A stretch of DNA of 63,970 nucleotides, the filler included, from Olpidium bornovanus S191 (Eukaryota; Fungi; Olpidiomycota): NCBI GenBank assembly GCA_017911155.1. It is 31 parts of 31 records of this genome, joined end to end, with 100 filler letters (N's around TTAATTAATTAA, not from the genome) between each part and the next. Parts side by side here need not be neighbours in the genome. Positions count along the whole stretch, not along the records: positions 59,327 to 61,058 come from JAEFCI010008806.1; positions 61,159 to 62,804 come from JAEFCI010004377.1; positions 62,905 to 63,970 come from JAEFCI010007201.1; 28 more parts are not named here. One strand, 5' to 3'. The position numbers and the translations under genes were made by a program. The notes below the pieces were generated by a model. That model ran no database searches and was not told the DNA's origin. It was given only the letters and a program-made list of their open reading frames with translations. Positions 59,375 to 63,970 of the stretch are shown piece by piece; the first letter of the stretch is position 1; each line of letters begins with the position of its first letter.

Positions 59375-61031
59375 GACGCCGCCCGCTCAAGCGGAAAACC
59401 CGACGCCGCCGCGAAAAAGGCTCCTGTGCCGGCCGGTTCCGCCGCGCTGGTTAATGTCAACCGCGCCGATCTTCGCTCGGTCGTTTAAGACCAAGCACCT
59501 GGCGAAGCACGCCTCGCTGCTGGTGCCCGCCGACCCGGCAGTTGGCTTGCTTGTCTCGTGCAACGTGCGGGCGGAGACGCGCGCGCTGGTGGGTGGGCAT
59601 AGGCGACCCGAGCGCTGGGAAAATTCTTAGCGGACGCTAGACATGGAAGCGGCCCTTGATGCTCGCCTAGCGGACTCCGGCGATACCAACAGACTCGTGT
59701 TCTCCCTCTTGGGGCTTCTCCTGAATTGGCGTTGCCTGCACGTTGTAGGGACAGGTCCGCAATTTTCTCGATCACTTCGTTCCGCTCCTGTACCCGAATT
59801 ACGTGGTGGTGCCAAGGGCACCAGAACTGTATCCCGACGACGACGGACCCGGACCCCGGAGAGTCAGGCAGAAAGAATCCCTGGCTGGCAAGACCACGTC
59901 ACGAAATAAGCGGCCTTTGGGAGGCGACGATCGTACTACGAACGGGAACGCTTCGGCCACGTCCAAGCGAAAGAAGTTGGGTGCAACCAAAAAGGCCTGC
60001 GAGGTCGATGATCCCGGGGAGCAAGGCAACGCAGAAGAGCAGCTCAGCGAGGCCGGGGAAGGGAACGACGTGGAGGATGGGAGCCCGCAGGAGCAGGAGA
60101 AAAAACCCAGTAGATTTGAGGCGGTGAACACGACCGTGACCGGAACGGTGTTCTTCCGTTTCAGGGTCAACGTAGACCCCGTCGAGTTTATCGGAAGAGT
60201 GTTCGGTGAGGCTGCTGCGGGCCGGCGGGGAAGCGACGCGGTGCTTTGAAAAAAAAAAGGTTTCAAGCGCGCGCGAGGCGCGCGGAATTCCCGAACTCCG
60301 CGCCCTCACGCGGCGACCGAACCAAATTCCTGGCGCACTCCGGTCTCATCCCGTTCCCGACCTTTCTCTGTGTCCCGCGGCCCGCGCTTTCCCGACCTCG
60401 GCCGCCCACCACCCCCGGGCTTTTCCCGGAATTTCGAAAGTAGACCACATCGCGTCCCTGGATCCTGACGAGCGGAAAAGCTGGCTACGCCGGACGGACT
60501 CCTGCCGGCGATTCCTGCCGATTCAGACGACCTGCGCGGCGCGCGCGGATCTGCTCGCGTCCGTCGCGAAGCCCATCCTGGACGCGTCCGCCCTGCTCAA
60601 GCCTCGCCGCCTCGGCGCCGGCGGCGGAGGGGAGGAGGCGCGCCCGTCGTGGGCCGTCCACCAGAATTCCAGGAAGAACCCCGACATGAAGCGGGACCGC
60701 GTCGCGGAGGAGATCGCGCGGGGGATGCCGGCGGAGTGCAGGTCAGGTGCTTCTCTCGGCGCCCGCGACCCTCCCCCCCTCGGCATTGGGGTAATCTATT
60801 TAATTCTTGGGGTTGGCGCGCCACAGCGGCTTGCTCACAGTCAGATCTCTTGCTCATTCGCCCGACAGGGTTGACCTCAAATCTCCGGACGTTGTCCTCC
60901 TGGTCGAAGTCTTCAAGAGCGCCTGCGGGTTTTCGGTGCTCCCGAACGACTATTTTCGGTTCAGGAAATACAATCTTGGGGAATTCTTGGCAGGGGCCGG
61001 CAAGGATTCTGGACTAGTCAAGCAGGACTAG
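59375..61031 (+). CDS. TAN1: THUMP-domain tRNA acetylation adaptor (Tan1/THUMPD1)
   Basis: GLLVSCN, RFEAVNT..VFFR, RRFLPIQTTC, WAV..NSRKN..RD.V and RVDLKSPDVVLLVEVFKSACGFSVLPNDYFRFRKYNL. The 5' boundary and middle introns are approximate. Confidence 0.8.
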
Positions 61032-61791
61032 CGAAATGTCACGCAGGTTGTCTTATCCNNNNNNNNNNNNNNNNNNNNNNNNNNNNNNNNNNNNNNNNNN
61101 NNTTAATTAATTAANNNNNNNNNNNNNNNNNNNNNNNNNNNNNNNNNNNNNNNNNNNNCATGCCGCATCTGCGACATTCTCCAGCGGGCTTTCCGCCGCG
61201 TTCAATTCATTTTCTACGCTTTTCGCGTCAGCAAGGAGAAATGCAAACAGGCCACAGGTACTTGAAAGCGGCCACATAACCCTGGCCCTAACCCCGACCC
61301 TAAGTGCGTTGGGGTATAGTTGTGAAAGTTGTTGAAAGGCAGCTTTTACTATTTGGCTGTGATCGTATATGGGGTGCGCAAAATATTTATTTTGCGCACG
61401 GCGCGCGCACTATAGATTGACTCTTTGTTTTTTGTTTAAAAAAAAAGAAAAAAAAATACTACTCTTCAAAATTCCTTGTGCTGCTCGCCCTGCCTGCAGC
61501 CCGCCCACACCAGACAGCGCACACGCGCGCACGCACGCACCCGGCAGCCCGCACGCCCGCACACCCGCGCACGCATTCGCCGCCCGCGCAAAAACAAAAA
61601 AAAAAAAAAAAAAAGAAAAATTCTCTTCTTCCGCTCCCGTCACGGCGCGCGCGCGTGTGTCTGTCTGCGCAGCACGAGAGCGAGAGAGCGAGAGAGCGAG
61701 AGAGGGAGAGGGGGAGAGGGAAAAAAAGGGGGATGGAATTGGGACAGCGAGAGAGAGCCAGGGACGAGAGAGAGAGAGAGCGGAGAGACGC

Positions 61792-61795
<4 letters not shown>

Positions 61796-61862
<67 letters not shown>
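61796..61862. repeat. (AG)n microsatellite, about 33 units
   Basis: Perfect dinucleotide run; similar runs occur at about 10830-10900 and 4900-4940. Confidence 0.97.
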
Positions 61863-61863
<1 letters not shown>

Positions 61864-62105
61864 GACAGATAAGAGAAAGAGAGATGAAAGAGAGCAGATA
61901 GAGAGAGAGAGAGAGAGAAAGGGAAAGAGGCTGAAAACGATACAGGGAATAAGAAAAAAAGGGGGAGTTGAGGTTCCGTGGCGGGAGGGGAAGGGGGAAA
62001 AAAAAAAAAAAAAAAAATAATTCCCCACCCCAAACGCGAAAACCCCTCGGGGAGGAAAAAGAAAAAAAGAAAGGGAGGGCCGTCGCCAAGGCTTGTCAAA
62101 GCGCA

Positions 62106-62525
62106 ATGGCGAAGCGGAGGAGAAAGACCCGCACCCACGTCCGCGACCAGGACGCCGCCGCCGCCGCCGCCGCTGCGGGCGCCCGCCCGCCGAAGAGCTT
62201 CGTCATCCGCTCCGGCCAAGTCGGCTCTTCCGTGGCCCGCCTGGTGCGCGACGTGCGCCAGGTCATGGAGCCCAACACCGCCACCCGCCTGCGCGAGCGC
62301 TCCGCGAACCGCCTCAAGGACTTTGTCAACGTTGCCGCACAACTCGGCGTCACCCATTTCCTCATGTTCTCCCGCACCGACGCCGGCACCAACCTCAGGA
62401 TCGCCCGCGCCCCGCGAGGGCCCACCGTCGTCTTCAGGGTCTGCTCTTACTCCCTCGCCCGCGACGTGCTGGGCGCCCAGAGGAAGCCGAAGAGCCCCGG
62501 GTCCGAGTTCCACTTCGCCCCGCTG
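62106..62525 (+). CDS. SSF1: Brix-domain ribosome biogenesis protein Ssf1/PPAN, first exon
   Basis: MAKRRRKTRTH..PKSFVIRSG..LVRDVRQVMEPNTATRLRER..N.LKDFV..LGVTH..FS..LRIAR.PRGPT..FRV..YSL; GTGCGT donor at 62526. Confidence 0.93.
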
Positions 62526-62940
62526 GTGCGTGCGTCGCGCGTGCGCTGCTGTTGCGGCGAGGAAGAGGAGGGGGAAACGACGAAGAGAAAGGCGACCGGA
62601 AGTCCGATTTTGCGCTGGCGCGAGAAAGGGACCAGCGAGCCGCTCGCTCAGGGCGCCACCTATCTTGTCCGATTATAAAAAAAAAGAAGGAAGAAGAAAA
62701 CGGCCGGAAGTCCGATTTTCGGCAGACACGAAAAAAGCACGGCGAGCCGCACTGAAGGCGCTGCTCTTTTCTAAAACAATTCCTCGCTTTCTCTCCCCTT
62801 CCCCNNNNNNNNNNNNNNNNNNNNNNNNNNNNNNNNNNNNNNNNNNNNTTAATTAATTAANNNNNNNNNNNNNNNNNNNNNNNNNNNNNNNNNNNNNNNN
62901 NNNNGAGAGAGAGAGAGGGGAAAAAAAAAAAAAAAAAGAA

Positions 62941-62983
<43 letters not shown>

Positions 62984-63004
62984 GTTGGGGGGAGTGGGGC
63001 TCCA

Positions 63005-63970
63005 TCACGATGAAATCGGAGCCGAGCTGGAGCGCCCCCCGGGCTGCCGGACCCCGAATGCCGGCGTCGGGGAAGACAGCGGGTCGCCAGCGGCAACGCA
63101 GGAAAACACGACGCCGGGCGCGCTTTCCTGCACCGGACTTTCGACCATGCGGGCGTCGTCGCCGCCGGCCACCGCCGTCAAAGAAGCCTCTCCGACGAAG
63201 GTGCTTTTGCCGTACAATTTTTTCTCCAGCCGCATCAGCGCGGTGATGAATCCGATGTTCGGGGAGATGCACGGCCGGCGCTCGCGCAAGAAGTCGTACG
63301 CATGCCGCAGCATCATGCCCTCGCCCTTCACCAGGTACGCCATGACCGCCGTCGCCGACCGGGACTTTCCAGCCTTGCAGTGCACGTACGTAGGCACTCC
63401 GGCGGCTTTCCCGGACGCTGGCAAACCAAAAAAAAAAGTTCGAAACGGAGTAAGCGGCCACTCATCTAATCCGCAGAGTGTACATCAAACACGGAGACAA
63501 CATGAACCAGCAACAAGGCAAGACGCAGCGAGTAACGCGCGCGGCCTCACATATGTAGTCCACCACAGTGTCAAAGGTGTCTTCGATGTTTTCGTTCGTG
63601 TGATCCTGAACGTGCAGCTTCAAGTACCTCCAGCCTTCCCTCTTTGACAGACCCCACACGTCTTCGCACTCGAAAGCCATGTTCAACACCTGTCTGACAC
63701 CGTACCCTTCGATTTCCTTGACCATCGTCTCGTTTACGAGATCCGACCCAAGGTAGAGCACGCCGGGGATGACCGTCGTGATTTCGTGGCCCTCGGGACT
63801 TCCGATGGCTACGTGGATCGGCGACAACTCCTCGTCGTTCGCCTCGTCGGCCATGACTTCATCGGCCGAAAGTGCACCCATTTTTTCCGTCAGGTGGGGC
63901 ACGGAGTCGGCGACGCCGCCGTCCGGGGCTCTATCAAGCGTTGGCGTTGGGGGGACGTCTTGAGGGCCAC
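63005..63970 (-). CDS. Dual-specificity (MAPK-type) protein phosphatase, 5' truncated
   Basis: Exons 63970-63551 (VIPGVLYLGS..VLNMA..YLKLHVQD) and 63417-63005 (VHCKAGKSRS CX5R motif, AYL..AY..L..RRPCISPNIGF..L). Confidence 0.9.

Noticed and set aside
60300-60380. TKFLAHSGLIPFPTFLC as a possible duplicated or mutually exclusive THUMP exon
   Set aside because: The similarity to the RRFLPIQTTC exon is marginal and the splice sites are not convincing.

Overview
This is a pseudo-scaffold, not one locus. It holds 31 short contigs (about 0.9-5.5 kb) joined by 30 identical 100-bp spacers (44 N + TTAATTAATTAA + 44 N, stops in all six frames), so gene order across spacers means nothing. The DNA is from an intron-rich, GC-rich eukaryote, most consistent with a non-Dikarya (early-diverging) fungus. 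The actin has HQGVMVGMG and LNPKANREK rather than the Dikarya forms. Long homopolymer and (GA)n tracts fill introns and intergenic DNA; Olpidium-like is only a guess. Most contigs carry one partial housekeeping gene: Cu-ATPase, USP12/46-type deubiquitinase, ODC carrier, subtilisin, Pex30-like, kinesin-5, SCP2, NAA10, phosphate carrier, TOM40, LAT-type permease, AP-2 alpha, Mex67, actin, TTC27/Emw1, carboxypeptidase Y, CapZ alpha, THUMP/Tan1, Ssf1 and a dual-specificity phosphatase. The rest is decayed Ty1/copia and Ty3/gypsy sequence and tandem repeats. The most notable observations are: (1) an intact, host-like ORF carrying only the DNA-binding half of a Crypton/DUF3504-type tyrosine recombinase; (2) an LTR preceded by copia RNase H and a PPT and followed by a Ty5-type half-tRNA PBS and a gypsy-type gag; (3) a 5-nt microexon in SCP2; (4) two consecutive GC-AG introns in the permease; (5) about 24 of 61 contig ends lying at CATG, with actin fused to unrelated DNA at a CATG, which points to a restriction/ligation artefact. 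No rRNA, tRNA or CRISPR array is supported. All gene calls come from motif recognition and manual splice reconstruction; no database search was run.
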